In this document: in pieces, positions 1-13,102 of the stretch | Layout: every line of letters starts with the position of its first letter | Numbering within the stretch: position 1 is the first letter of the stretch | Assembly (NCBI GenBank): GCA_965637545.1 | Contig: OZ281495.1 | Coordinates: 27,590,001-27,654,000, forward strand | Reading direction: 5' to 3' | Length of the DNA: 64,000 nt | Source: Phallusia mammillata | Lineage: Eukaryota | Translations under genes and position numbers: made by a program | The notes under the pieces: model-generated | The model's database searches: none | Told to the model about the DNA's origin: nothing | What the model saw: only the letters and a program-made list of their open reading frames with translations

Positions 1-3000
1 TAAGTCAACTAGCTCATACTAAAACGTCCTTGTTTACTAACAAACTTTGTAGACTTTATTCGCTAAATATTTAAATGTTAAAACGAAACGCCCTCTTTTA
101 TACTTTACAGTAAAAGCTAAAAAGATGCAATGCACACCCAGGTCAAGCAAAACAGACCTTTCCATTTTTGAAATTGGTAGAATGAATGTACGATATCAAT
201 GATAAGAAACCAGAATGTTTAACTACAAATCATTGCCAAGAGATTTGCCAATCTTCGGACCATGAAAAAAACGTTTGCTACAGTTCACTACATTACATTT
301 TCGTTATAATCGTTCACGTTAAGATGCCAAAAAACGACACATTGCAGAGTTCAAGAAGTCTAAAGTCATGCACCAATGGATCGGTTTCCTTTCCGTGCGC
401 AGTCGTGCGTATCGGTGGTTTTATTTTTAACAGTTCAAGTGTCAATTTCGACCCAAGCCTGACACGAGATTTTTGAATGTCGGTCCATCACGAACCACTT
501 AAAGGGATGGACAGATTTCTAGCAACCGCTGCTTGGCTCAAATCTAAACTGTCAAACTTAATGATATAATTGTCCCTGTTAAGAGCTTGGCTTGCCAACA
601 GATGCACGTCAGCACTCTTGCTGGACCGATTGAGGTTGCTGAAATTTACTTAAAACAGGTATTGACCATTTAATCAACACTGCGTGTGCCAAGTTAAAAG
701 ATATGAATTCGTAAGTGTTCAGATCAGCTATTGGGATACAGGAACAATAAAAAGGGTAAGAAAATATTAGGAATGGTTACAATAGGGTGATTCTTGAAAA
801 GTAAATATACTTTTGATAATACATAACATGAATATTAGTTCTGTTTACTGCTTTTACCAAACAGCCACAACAAGTTTGCAATAAATGGTGCAAATACCAA
901 ACAGCCGCAAGAGTTTGCAATAATGGTGCAAAGACATCACCGTTGAAGCTACCACTCTTAAGTCATTTAAACGTTCTTTGGAGAAATTAAAACCACTCCC
1001 AAAAATAGGCTCTGCGTTCCAACGCAATTAGTCGCTGCACCGGCCTTCTTTTCACGCTTGCGGTTCAAGTTGCTTGACATTTCGTCCGGCGGGCACTCAG
1101 CAATTAAGGAAGTATCCAATTTGAAACTTTACCGCGCGGCCTGACTAATACCAGCGGTTCAGCGAAAAAAATAACACTCGCCTTTGTTTAAGTTATTTCT
1201 CCAAACTTTGATCAACTTTGGAACACTGAATATGACTTACGATGTAACGGTCCAAACAGACATAAAAATCGAAACACTTTATTATTTCACCGTCAACTTG
1301 ACTATTATTTTTAGTGACGCTTATGATGACATGAGCTTTTTGTCGAAACGTTTGAATAATGAAGCATGTAGCATTTTACGTCTATTTCGGCGGTTATATT
1401 CGTCATGAAAAGTAATCAATTTGTCCTTAGTCAAAAAAACGGCCAAGGAAAAACTGTAAAAAACTAGCCAGTTCGGTTAAATGTCTTGTCACCAGCTGTA
1501 CCTTATTGGTTACAACAGTTTGCATTGTTTGCAGCTAACTTGCTTAAAGAAATTTCTTAAAATAGAATATTTTGATCTTAATGCGTCAAACAAAAATATG
1601 CTAAAACCTAAAAAACAAAAATTACTGCCGGTAAAACGCACGTTAACTTCTGCATGTAATAATGCCAAAAATACTTCATGTGGGTTATGAAACTTCAACC
1701 ATTGTTTGTAAAAGGCCTTATTCCATTAGTAGTGTCATAATATGCCAAGATGTGATTGTTCGCAATTTAACTCACTTTGAAATATATTACCATTTGGACG
1801 TATGCCCTGAGGGGCAGACGAGTGCAGCCAAAACGAACGAACCGTTTTCACCTCCTATTTAACTGGCTCAAGTCTCGCGACGACGTAAATCAATGGGACC
1901 TTTGTGGCCTGTTGCTAACTGGCGATTCAGCTAGCGATTGGAATCGAATTACAGCGGGTGATTTGTCCCCGTCGACATCGGCCAATGCACGGTCGACGCG
2001 CCGGACAAATAGCCTCTTCTCATTGGATGTAACGAGACACGAGCTGTTGATTGTCGACTGATGGAAACCTTCCACCTGTTTCTCAAGTTTCGTAGAGGAT
2101 ATTACCACTGGAAAATAACTTTGGTACTCAAACAGTTCTTGATCTAGCCTTTGAACTACGTCCAGCTTTGGCAGTGTTTATTGTACTGTCGTGGTAGATT
2201 GATGGTCTAATATTTGGCGAAAATTACATCGTTGACTTTTGACGATTTTTGCCCGGAGGCAAATTGATAAGAGAGTGATATTGTACGCATGCCATCGATA
2301 ATCAGATTACAGATAAAAGCGACAAGATGCTCGATGCGTCTGCAGTAATGAGCTATATTTACATGATGATATTATGCCCGTGTGAATGCGTTTGGCCTTC
2401 ATTTCGACATGTAAATAAAGTCGGTAATTTTTGGTCCAATAGGCACACCAATTCGTCCAAAGAATGAACTCCGAAACGAGCCTATACCAAACAATTTAAA
2501 AATACAAAATGAAACATTGACATGCGACGAAGCAAGGTTAAAACTAGTTTACTGTAAAGTTTCCTTTTCCACTTCTTAAAGATTGTGTGCCAATCTTTAA
2601 TCTGGCGGGTGTACTAAAGCTATTCTTTTTTTGGTCCAAAACCCTTCGAAGTTTGAATGCTAAAGAAATTGATTTTCCACACAAAATATTAGAATTCAAA
2701 AGTGAAAATTCCAAGTCTTTCTCTTGTACCAAACTTCACAGAACATGCCCAGGTTTTGAAATCAACGAAGAGAGTCCATTACCCTTGTTTGAGGAAGCTC
2801 AACATACCATTGTCGCCAACTGACCGGTAATCACGCCCTCAAGTGCTCGTCACGGGTCCTCATAGCAGGAGAAATACTCACCAGGGTTAGCTCTCTTCTT
2901 TTAATCACAATTCCTGTGATTTTAGCGCCGCGCCCCCGAAGATTCTTGACTCTCCAGGTGTTCGTGTGATAAAAATACGGGTCAGACTTTGGCACTTTCG

Positions 3001-3002
3001 AG

Positions 3003-3147
3003 CAGTGTTCTTCAACCGGTGTGCACCAAAATATGCATGGGGTGCACCAGTACGAAAAGGTATACAGGAGTGCATCACAAACTTTTAATGAACCATTAAT
3101 ATTTGATCTTTAGGATATTAGGAAATATGTAGGTTTCAAGAGCACTG
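3003..3147. mobile_element. Short degenerate hAT (Buster-type) MITE
   Basis: Termini CAGTGTTCTTCAACC ... GGTTTCAAGAGCACTG; 8-bp TSD CTTTCGAG/CTTTAGAG (7/8 match). Confidence 0.65.
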
Positions 3148-6100
3148 CTTTAGAGCATAAGAGGCACTAGAGGGCACCATATGACTACACGTTAGAGATT
3201 TTGTTATTAGACTCGGTTATGCACAATTAGATACGCAGTGTTTTCATAAGCCGTGATTTTGTTTGTTGCGTTTTTCCTTTTGGAATACAGAAAAAGTGTA
3301 AAAAAAGACACTCTGCGACTGAGACAATTAAGTCTCGATATAGGTATATTTCATATTTGTTACCTTTTAAAACCCGGATTTTATTGACCAAAACTTGCTC
3401 GTTAACAGATTTTTTAACATGTAAATTAGCAACAACAGTCATTTTGTCTCCCTTACTTAAATTGATACTTCATGGCAGAGCACCTGCTAGCAAGAGAGAA
3501 ATAACACACCTAAATTGAGGTGCAAAATATAAGGTCCATATTCTTGTAAGAAGTTAGTCATTTAATAAAAGCTTTTATGGCATCAGTTAGGTCTTAAATG
3601 ACAATACTACTGCAACAGAATAACATACGGAGAGATGGGCTTTTGTAACCAATAGACATAGGACAACGCAACATTGAATAGCTTTATATTTAGGCCAAGC
3701 TATCAAGTTACACTTGCTTTCATGGAACGTAATCCACAACCAAACGTTTACATCCCAATCACCCACTTAACCTGTGTCGACCCAGTTTGGATGTATATAC
3801 ACGGGTCTAGGGGAAAAAGCATAAAGCCTTCGTCCGGCAAGCGGCCTATATTTGTAAAGACAGGCAAACAAGACTGGGCACTTAAGTATCCAATTGACCG
3901 GCTTTTTAAATTGCTTGTAATTGTGTCGGTAAGTCGAGCGAAGTGCGACGCGAAATGTACTCAATTGACGCCTATTTTGCCGACCCCTTAAAGACTTCAA
4001 TATATGGGTTTCGCTTTTTTGACTGGCTATAGGACGCGTTTCCGCCAGCAGAGCACCATTCATCGGTCTCGTTGCCCCGGCTTATGAGCTTCAACAGGTA
4101 AACATATGTCAGCACACTTGTTAAGCGACGTGGCAACAGCTTTAAAGGGTACGGCAAATTGCTACAAAGTGCAACTTAACCTCAATATGTAGAAATTGTG
4201 GATGATCGCTTAAATGACAGTATTTTAGTGGTGATTGTAAGGATCGTATTGAGACAACGTTTTTGAGTGACGTTTTGGTACTGCTTTCCAAACCTGAAAA
4301 GCCAAAGCTTGTTAGGTTTGCATTGTCACGCACAGACGAACAATAACACCTTCATATGCATATGATGCAAAACGCATGCACGGTGACCTGCTGTGACCTT
4401 AACAGCTACTATTATAAATGCAAAGCGCTGGAACAGTATACATATGCACTGTTCCACCTATTTTTTAACCTTGGGCAATATTGAAATCACTTTTATCAGT
4501 CCCACGTAATCAGTTTCAGACAGCCGCAAAGCCTGCAAATTTAATGGTTTCAACTAATAAACTTTCCATTAACTACCTTTGCCGCACGAACGGGATTTTT
4601 TGCGCGCGCAACCATTAACCTCGCAGCAGCCTGCTTCCGGGAAGCAAGCGCATCGTGTTTTTCACACAGGTAGTGCTTTTCCTGTTAACAGCACTTTACC
4701 GGCAGTTTAAACGCGGCTATGACGTAACAATGAAGTGATTGTAAACAAGCGTTGTTCAAAACCAGGCTGTACAGTAAGCCTATCGTGTGCTGCAATACAA
4801 TACACCCAGTAAACACTTTACCGTGGGTTTGTTTATTATTTACATAAAAGAGTGTGCTGTTTGTTGCGGCTATCCTGGCTTTAAACTGTTTACTGTTTAT
4901 CAAAAAAAACGCTGAACGTAACAGCAACTTAATTAAAATTAATCAAAAAAATGTTTATAGCTTACCGTGTTGAAAAATAAACGTGCAGCATTTGTTATGC
5001 ATGCAATGTATATTTCTGATATGTCTGAGAAATGTCGATTCACCACACGCCTCATGTAAGAATAGCATTCAAATTGGTGTATATTTAACTATTGCATTCT
5101 AATGACAAGAACCATACGGAACGCCCCAAAACATCTCAAACCTACACTTCTGATGGTATGCAATGATATAGATTGCAGACAAATGAATTTTCATGCAAAA
5201 TGGCACTTTGAATTGTGGTGACAAATGGTAGAGGTAATTGAATGCAGGGAAGTTACACACACGTAGACGTGTACGCAAACCTGAGTTAAATTAACCCAAA
5301 TAAAACCCTAACCATGTGACGTAAAATCCCGCGCCATTGCAGCATTGCATAACCTTTGTTCACACGTTGGCAATGGCTTTGCGAGATTAAAACGGGAAAC
5401 ACAGAACCCGCATCTAAATTAAGCCAAACCGCTATGAACGCGGACGAAAATTCCTTGACATTAAACCTTGCTTTCTGTAATTGAGACGATTATATTCGCA
5501 CAGATGTGCAGTCCCTAAGATGTGTCCCGTGCCGACAAGACACGCTAAAGCGGTCCCGTGCGTCTAGTGACGTTAACAGCGTGACGTAGGGCGCTATTCT
5601 CCTATGAAATGTGCTAGTGCACGACCTGAGCTAAGACGTCAAGCCGTGTGCACAACGGTGTACGCGCCAACAACAATCAACATTTCATCATTGTCCTATT
5701 GCGTAGCATTACATATTGCTTGGCTACACATGCGAGTGTACTTTCTGTGAAAATAAGTCCTTGGAAAAGAAGTTGTTAGTTGCAGAAGCTATTTTTAAAA
5801 GTTTGTACTATTATGGATATAGTTTGGCCACATATGTCAAACAGACATAAAATGGTGAAAATGTAAACATAACGTAAAAATGCCTAAAAATCGGAAATTG
5901 GTACTTTTACGTAAATATTAGTTTTTTGAATGCACGAAAGGATCAGAAAATTGTGTAGCCATGATTTAAGTAACTTGCTTGTTGACGACTAAAATGCAAT
6001 GCAATGGCGATCATTTGCAAACCACTAAACATCAAGGCCAACACCATCCACCCGCGCCTTCCTGTCTGCATTCATGCACGAACGCAAAGTGACGTCACAA

Positions 6101-9100
6101 TGCCCTCAACGGTTGTGAAGGATTTTTTTGCGGTTATGTTTTAAGCCTCAAAATTTACGCGGAACCCACGTCAGTGAACCCACGCGTTTCTGCTCAAAAT
6201 TACGTACTTTTGCATACAGCTGGGACATCTTTGGCGTGACCAGCCGATTTTTGATGCGCAATTAGTCGTGAAATGGTAAACGCAAGCGTGTTTTTGGCTC
6301 TATTTTTAGCCCAGTAGTAACGCCTCATGGAAGGCGCCGGCATCGTGCAGTGATACGCTGCCCCCCGGATTCTGACAGACCCACTCAGGTTGCTGTAGAA
6401 ACTGGAAGCGTAATCATTGACGTACAAACTCCGTGGCTTCAATTACTGAACCTTTGAAGACCCAAGGATTGTTTTTTTGTCCAACTTAAAACGTGCGTGA
6501 GCGGTTTCTGGGTGTTTTTGATTTAGTCCGGGTGCAAAGATACGTTTGTGTACCTGCTTGTTTATTCCTGATGCTTGGCCCTGCGTACAGGGCAACACTT
6601 TATTTGCGGGTTTTTTTCCTACTTTCTGTAGGGAGTGGAACATGATAAAAAATACTTTGGCAATATTTTGGGACTGGAAAAAAAACCCACTTATATTGGA
6701 GAGCAATTATGCATTTTGTTATAACTTTTATAAATTTAAGTTGCCAGATACTAAATACCAATAAGGCATGAAAATTGTGGCTTTAGCTTAGTCGATTAAG
6801 TATTTTCTTAAATTTGTTTCTAAAGAACAAAAAATCGTTAGTTTTACAATCAATGAATCCCAACTGGAGGCATTTTTAGCCGTTCGTTTATAAACACCAA
6901 TGCTACGCAAATATGTGCAAACAATACTTGACCACGAGGTTGTATAACCTCAAATCAAATCGTTAGTTTTTCGGTGACCACAGTCATTATCACGTAAGCG
7001 AAAAAAGCGAAAAAAGAAACCGATCAGACTCATGGTTAGACAATCATCACCAACGTCACAAACAGACGCGCCGCCGGCATAAGATTTACGTAAAATCAAC
7101 AAATTTTATCATGTAGTCTAAAAATAGACGCGGCGTGATCGACATTTTGTCACGTTTCGACCGGGTAAAAATTAATTACGGAATGCCGAATTTTCGGAAA
7201 CAAGATCATTCTAGAAGAGAATGATTTGCTGCTTACGCATCGTCCAAATTCCAACCAAGTCTCATTTTACTCACTGCTCTTACGCATCCATTGGCTGTCG
7301 TTCAAACATTCTAACCAGCTGGGAACGTTACATGGAAGATATTTTTGATTGGCCAACCCCCAATTTGAAATGCAGCAGGCCAGCAACAGTTTCGCAAAAC
7401 TAAAAAATCATGTTATTCATACCATGACTAATTTCTATTTTTGTTAGGCTATGTTATGTAATCTACATCGACTTTAATGCGCAGTAAACTCTTTGTATAT
7501 TTAAACAGGCTATTGACGTTGCATAAGTCTGAATAAGAAAAGCATTTGGATAATTATAGCAACCGCTAGTTAAAATTGTTGTCAGTATTATAGCGGGTAT
7601 TACTCATGGCAATGTTATAAAAACAATACGTCTAAATTTAGGTTTATACAACAAATATTAAGTTGCGATGTGTATAAAGCAAAATATACTTTTATGATGC
7701 TATTCCCAGCTAACTATCAGTACTAAATTAGGCACAAGGGCGTCTGATATCGGACTAGTTCCTATGCAAAGTTTTTGAAAATTTGCAAAGACGTTGCGCA
7801 AAAATAACCAAAAAAGTTCCGGTTTCGGTTTCGTGTAGTTTATCCAGGTTTCATTATCCAACGTGAGGTCACCAATTGACCTAAATCTAGTTTCAGTGTA
7901 GTCATATAGGAAAAATTGCACCAACCAAACCCCCTTGCAAGTGATGAAAACGTAAACGTCAGGCCCCTGTACAACGTAATGATTCACTTTGGGCACATGA
8001 CGGAAACTCTTGGTTTAGTCGCTTGAATTGGACACGTGATCGAAAGTGTATGATTGCGACATTTTTCAATGCACCATCGGTACGCTATATTTCCGATTGC
8101 GTACGCAATACAATCTTCTGGAAATGGTGACGAAATCATTACGTTACTGCGGGTCACCGAAAATGGTGAGGTCGCGTAAATGTAAAAGCACACAGCATGC
8201 ACTTAAATTAAGGCAACGTCATTTGATTGGTCGACGTTTAAAGATTTGCAAACTTTTTTAAAACTCTTTGTAAGGAAGGGGGTATGTTGACTGAGAAAAA
8301 AAATCAGTTGTATCACCTCCTCAAGGTCAAATTTACGTACCATTTGGTTTTTGGTTAGTCAAGCAGAGGAAAAAATATCAAAGACGAAAAATAACACGAC
8401 TCTTTGTTTAGTCTTTATATCATTTTTGGTACACAAACATACGCAACACGTTTTAAACAAACAATTGCTCAACGGACCGGGTATAATGAACACGTTTACT
8501 AATCAGGGTGAACATATTCTGAGCTACGCTGGAAATTACAAAGTGAAAAAAAAACGCAAAACACCTCGTTTTAAATTGTAGCTGAGGTTCTGATTTTGCA
8601 AAAGTTTATGGTTCAGGGCAGAAACCAAATGATTCGGTTGCCGCTTTTGGAAGTTAAAACTTTTTTAGTAAAGTTTTCTTGAAATGTCGCAATCAAGTAT
8701 TGACACAACTCTGTGGTAACGCCAAAAACAAAACATAATGTACGTGACTATCGTTGCAAATCACATGGGCTGAAATAGGGTTTCCATGTTTAGATTCCAA
8801 GGCACCTAAAAATAAGCACCAGTAGAGGAGAAAAACTTGTCACTCCTATCAGGAGAAAGTTTCCGAAAAAAATCAATTTGGGTAACTCCGGATTGTAACT
8901 AAACATTGGTTGGCCAAATTTCTCCTTGACAATTAAAACAAAAACCTTCAGCGAAACATGCTTCTATACTGATGACGTATGTGCGTAAAACGTTATCTGT
9001 CTATGTGTATTGTTTTGCACACTTCCCCTGTATACATTTAACTTCCGCATATTATCATGATATGTTCCGACCCCCACTCGTGTGTCCAACACAAATACGT

Positions 9101-10573
9101 AACAGGAAGCATGTTTGACGGTCAGCAGTGGCTAACCGGAAGTGCGCACAGAGATTGGCAACAAGATCTCTGTTTACTGATGACACTTTAGCAAACGGTG
9201 ACGACACAAATAACCTCGGGTGATATGACCCACTTTGGCATCGAAGCAATTTTCTGGGCCACGGCGTCAAACTCTGTATTTCAAATCACGTCTTGGCCCA
9301 TCGTGGTGCCTCCGAGTCACTAAACCTGCATGAGGCTGTCAACAAGTGAATGAAATCGGAAGGGTGATCCCGGTGACACACGCAGCAATGCTATGACTCG
9401 ATTCAAAAGCAATGACAAACTGCAAAAACTGCAGCAATGATCATTATCATAACTGCGCTGAAATTTGAGCGACTTTTAAATTTGTGGCATTAACAAGGCC
9501 AAACCTTTAGTATTGACGCGTGATCGACACTTTACATTGAAGCAAAACGGAAAAAATGCCTTTATGTTTTTTCTTTGCGTTCTGGCAACAAAATGGAAAC
9601 GGCGTTTACTGATGAACGTTTAATGATAACGGACACTTCTAAAAACGTCACGAAGTTTGCTAGTTTGAAATTAAATGGTCTTAGCTTCCGATGTTCGAAC
9701 CATCATTATGTCACGCTGTCATGAATTACTTTGCAAGTTCGTAATGTTATTTACACTTCTTTTTTATGCATATTTAAACAGGAAGCTTTGTTATATTTGT
9801 AACATCACATGCATTAAAATATAAAGTCTTCAAATCTTGTGAATTTCGAAATGATAAACCCTTTTAAAGATGGACTATTACGGAAATCGTTCTCATCCAC
9901 TGATGCTCAACAGACGATTCCAGTCACATATATTAACATATTTTATCTGATAATTTCAGTACACTCGAATCAATCTGTGTATTTCTTATCAGACTGAGGA
10001 TATCGATTTAGCCTAAAAATGCAACTTCAACCCTATTAAGTTAGCAAAAGAATTTTGTGAGCTTCACAAGAAAAACATTGCTTTTGGTTTTCTGTCGAAT
10101 ACGCACGAAACGTTTTGGCTAAAAACTGAGCAATCACAGGAAAGACTTTCTTCTATTTTGTAACTGCATTTGTCAGACTTGCATGCAAACGTTTCTCAGT
10201 ACTTTCTCCTTAGCCTAAAATCTATCACGAACGAAGCGACATGCCGCAGAAAACACTTTTTATTACTTTTAATGGCTCAAAGTGGTACTTGGAACTTCAT
10301 AAGCATGTGTCCCTTTTCCCTTTCATCATTACCAAACAAAGCGTATTATATAGGGAGCAAAACGCAAAGGTGTACAGTTGGTGGTTTGCTAAGTTAAAAA
10401 CACGCAAGTCAATATGATGGCCTAACCAACACCACTTTTCCGACAAACCAAACGAGTTTCGGTACAGTTAATATAGTGCAATAAAACATATAAGCAGGGT
10501 TATACCATCAACATAGACCCAAAAGTCTCGCGACAACTCAGGGCTAGGTTTCCTTCTACTTAAGTTCCATACA

Positions 10574-10809
10574 ATGTTACAAACAGTTTCTTGTCAATTG
10601 TAGTGTTGGTCGCAGCAATTGCCACATACGTTGCTACTGCGGCTAACCCTATATGGCCTTACATTCGTCCGGAAACATCAAACAGGCGCGATTGCCCTGA
10701 CTACTTCTACAATCAAATGTACACATCTGACTGGAAACACGTCAAATGGGAGAAAATATTTGTTGAGACCGCAGACCATGCAACTTGCAAAGAAGTTGAA
10801 ATTAGATAA
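10574..10809 (+). other. Candidate small secreted-peptide gene or pseudogene (1-bp frameshift after codon 4)
   Basis: The ATG at 10574 is one base out of frame with FLSIVVLVAAIATYVATA-ANP...SNRR-DCPD...TCKEVEIR*. A TATA-like CATATAAG lies near 10488. Confidence 0.35.
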
Positions 10810-11239
10810 ACGATTAAATCTCTGTGATCTTTAAAATGAGTTCAATGCAAATTGGACCCGAAGATTTATTTCGATAGGCGTACCTGATGTAGTGTTGACC
10901 TTTATAATATTTGTGGTGCAGAAATAATATACAGTTGGGCACGCTTGTCAAATTAACATGCATTTTTGGTTGATGAAATCTGTATACAGTTTGCCAATGG
11001 GCTACACTGGCAAGTACAGTTCCTTTTACAAATCTTACCCATTGCAGTTAAAGTGGACCTTGGTTAACATTACAAATGTGTTTGTTTTCGCCTTTAATAA
11101 TCGTTTTATTTTATATTCGTTGACACCCTGTATTGAGTTTTAAGTCTGGGTGTTAACTTTAGCTTGTGACAATATATCATGCACTTTCTGGTGATTGCAA
11201 ATCACACTAGTACAGTTGGTCGTTGGAACTGACATAATC

Positions 11240-11360
11240 ATTTTTCGGAGCACTTCAGGGCCTTCTTCACAACACTTTTTAATGTCGGAAACATGAAAAG
11301 GTCAAAGATGTAAAATGGTGACAGAAAAAGCATCAGGCCATGTCTGAATGCTGTCTACGA
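11240..11360 (-). pseudogene. Possible decayed Tc1/mariner transposase fragment
   Basis: The minus frame reads LSPFYIFDLFMFPTLKSVVKK, resembling the mariner YSPDLAPCDFFLFPKLKSVLK segment. No TIRs were found. Confidence 0.25.
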
Positions 11361-12665
11361 CAAAACGCCTTTGGTGAAAATAGTGGTAAACAAAGGCGTT
11401 GTTTTGGTGGTTGTGCCTTATCATGTGGCCAATGTACTCACTATAACGCATAATGGCTAGTGAACTGATAAGTGCAGCTGGGATCTGAATCTATTGTAGA
11501 TTGTTTTTTGATTGTTTTTATCTTTTATACGAAGGAGATGTCTGATAAGCTGTAAAGATCAGTGGGGACACAACATAAATCTCGAGGCATAAAAATCCAA
11601 TTGCCAGTAAAGTTATACGGTTTAATCAAAAGCTGTTTCAATGTCAATCGTAAATCAGGTTCTTAAATTGAATTGTTTACTACCAATACTGCTTTATATT
11701 CAAGTCAGACAAACGTAAACGAAAGAATAGTAATAAAAACGAAACTGGAAATTGAGACGCCATAAATTTAAACTGTTTACTGTTGTAAAATGCAAACGAA
11801 AATCAAATGGGAGGTAACAATTGTTCGGTGCCAATAACAGGTTTAAAACACTTCACGGAAAAACATCAGCCATTCTCAGGAAAATTAAATGCCACTGCAC
11901 AAGTTTACCAACGAACCTGAACCTTTTCTCTGGTTAACGCACGCGCCCACATAGCCTGCAGGCAATCACACGGCTCACAACGACAAATTAACCTCCAACA
12001 AGCGTTTTCCAGTTTCATGTAAAAGCCAATTTGATTACAAGTATCTCAGCGACGCGTGCAATCAAGTAGTCCGGCAGCCTTCATACCACAAATTATGACT
12101 TGTGTTCAGGCCTACGCCGTCTTGTTATAGTTTATGTGTTCACGCCTGCGTCGCTAGCTTATCAATGTTCCAATTACTTATTAGTTGTTGGCGTTTTGAT
12201 GGTAATCATGTTGAGGCAGTCGTTCAGTCCGCCCCTAGGGTTAACTTCAAAGACTTCTTTACCCGCAGAGGGCGGATGCTTTGTTTTGACTGTGACGTCA
12301 CACGGCGACGCGTCATCTGATCGTCGCGATCGTTATGTCTGAGCGACCGCCAGTACCCCTTCATTTACAAGCTATATCGATGTAAAGTTGTTTACAATTC
12401 GTGTAAGTTTAAAGTCTAGAAACATAACGGTGGGAGGTTTATCGGAGGCACGGGTACACAAATTTCCGCTGCCGCAAGTTACATCATCCACCAATATAAC
12501 TCGAAAAGAAAACAACAAAGCAATGTTGTGTAAGTGCACTACAAAATAGGCTACCTACGCGTGTGGGTTATATGCGACACGCTTAATTTCTCTCAGGTCA
12601 TTTTGCCATCTCTTTGTTACGCATCAAATCAAGTTTGACTCTAGAATTAACACAAGGGCCATTAA

Positions 12666-12727
12666 TGTTTGTAAACACGATGAAGTTAGTAAGTATTGTT
12701 TGTAAACACGATGAAGTTAGTAAGTAT
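12666..12727. repeat. 31-bp perfect tandem duplication
   Basis: TGTTTGTAAACACGATGAAGTTAGTAAGTAT twice in tandem. Confidence 0.9.
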
Positions 12728-12761
12728 AAGCACTTGGGTCATTAGTCGTATCACTCCACAC

Positions 12762-13102
12762 CAGTGGTTCCCAACCTTCCATGAACCGTGGCCCCCTAAA
12801 AGTGTCATTTTTGCCTTGTGGCCCCCTTCATGTAACCTTGTAAGTCCTGTGGTCCCCTTAAAATGTAAATGGCAAACTCGTGTGGAAATTGGATACTAAT
12901 ATCGGCTTTAAACGCAGGTCGAATAGAGTAAATAAGGGTCCGCATTCGTAAAAAAGCCTCAATATAGACAAATAGTATGCAAAATAGTTGATTAATTTAG
13001 GGAATTTTTAGTGGGTGTTTCTGGTAAATCTACACCTCTGACCCCCCTGAACACAGCTCGTGGCCCCCCTGGGGGGCCATGGGCCCTGGTTGGGAACCAC
13101 TG
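12762..13102. mobile_element. hAT (Buster-type) MITE, 341 bp
   Basis: Perfect TIR CAGTGGTTCCCAACC; TSD CTCCACAC/CTCCAGAC (7/8 match); subterminal GGCCCCC repeats. Confidence 0.88.

Noticed and set aside
2340-2362. 23-nt GT-AG intron that would join two open segments of the putative minus-strand gene
   Set aside because: It is far below the intron sizes seen in the verified genes here (about 60 nt or more), so it is probably coincidental.
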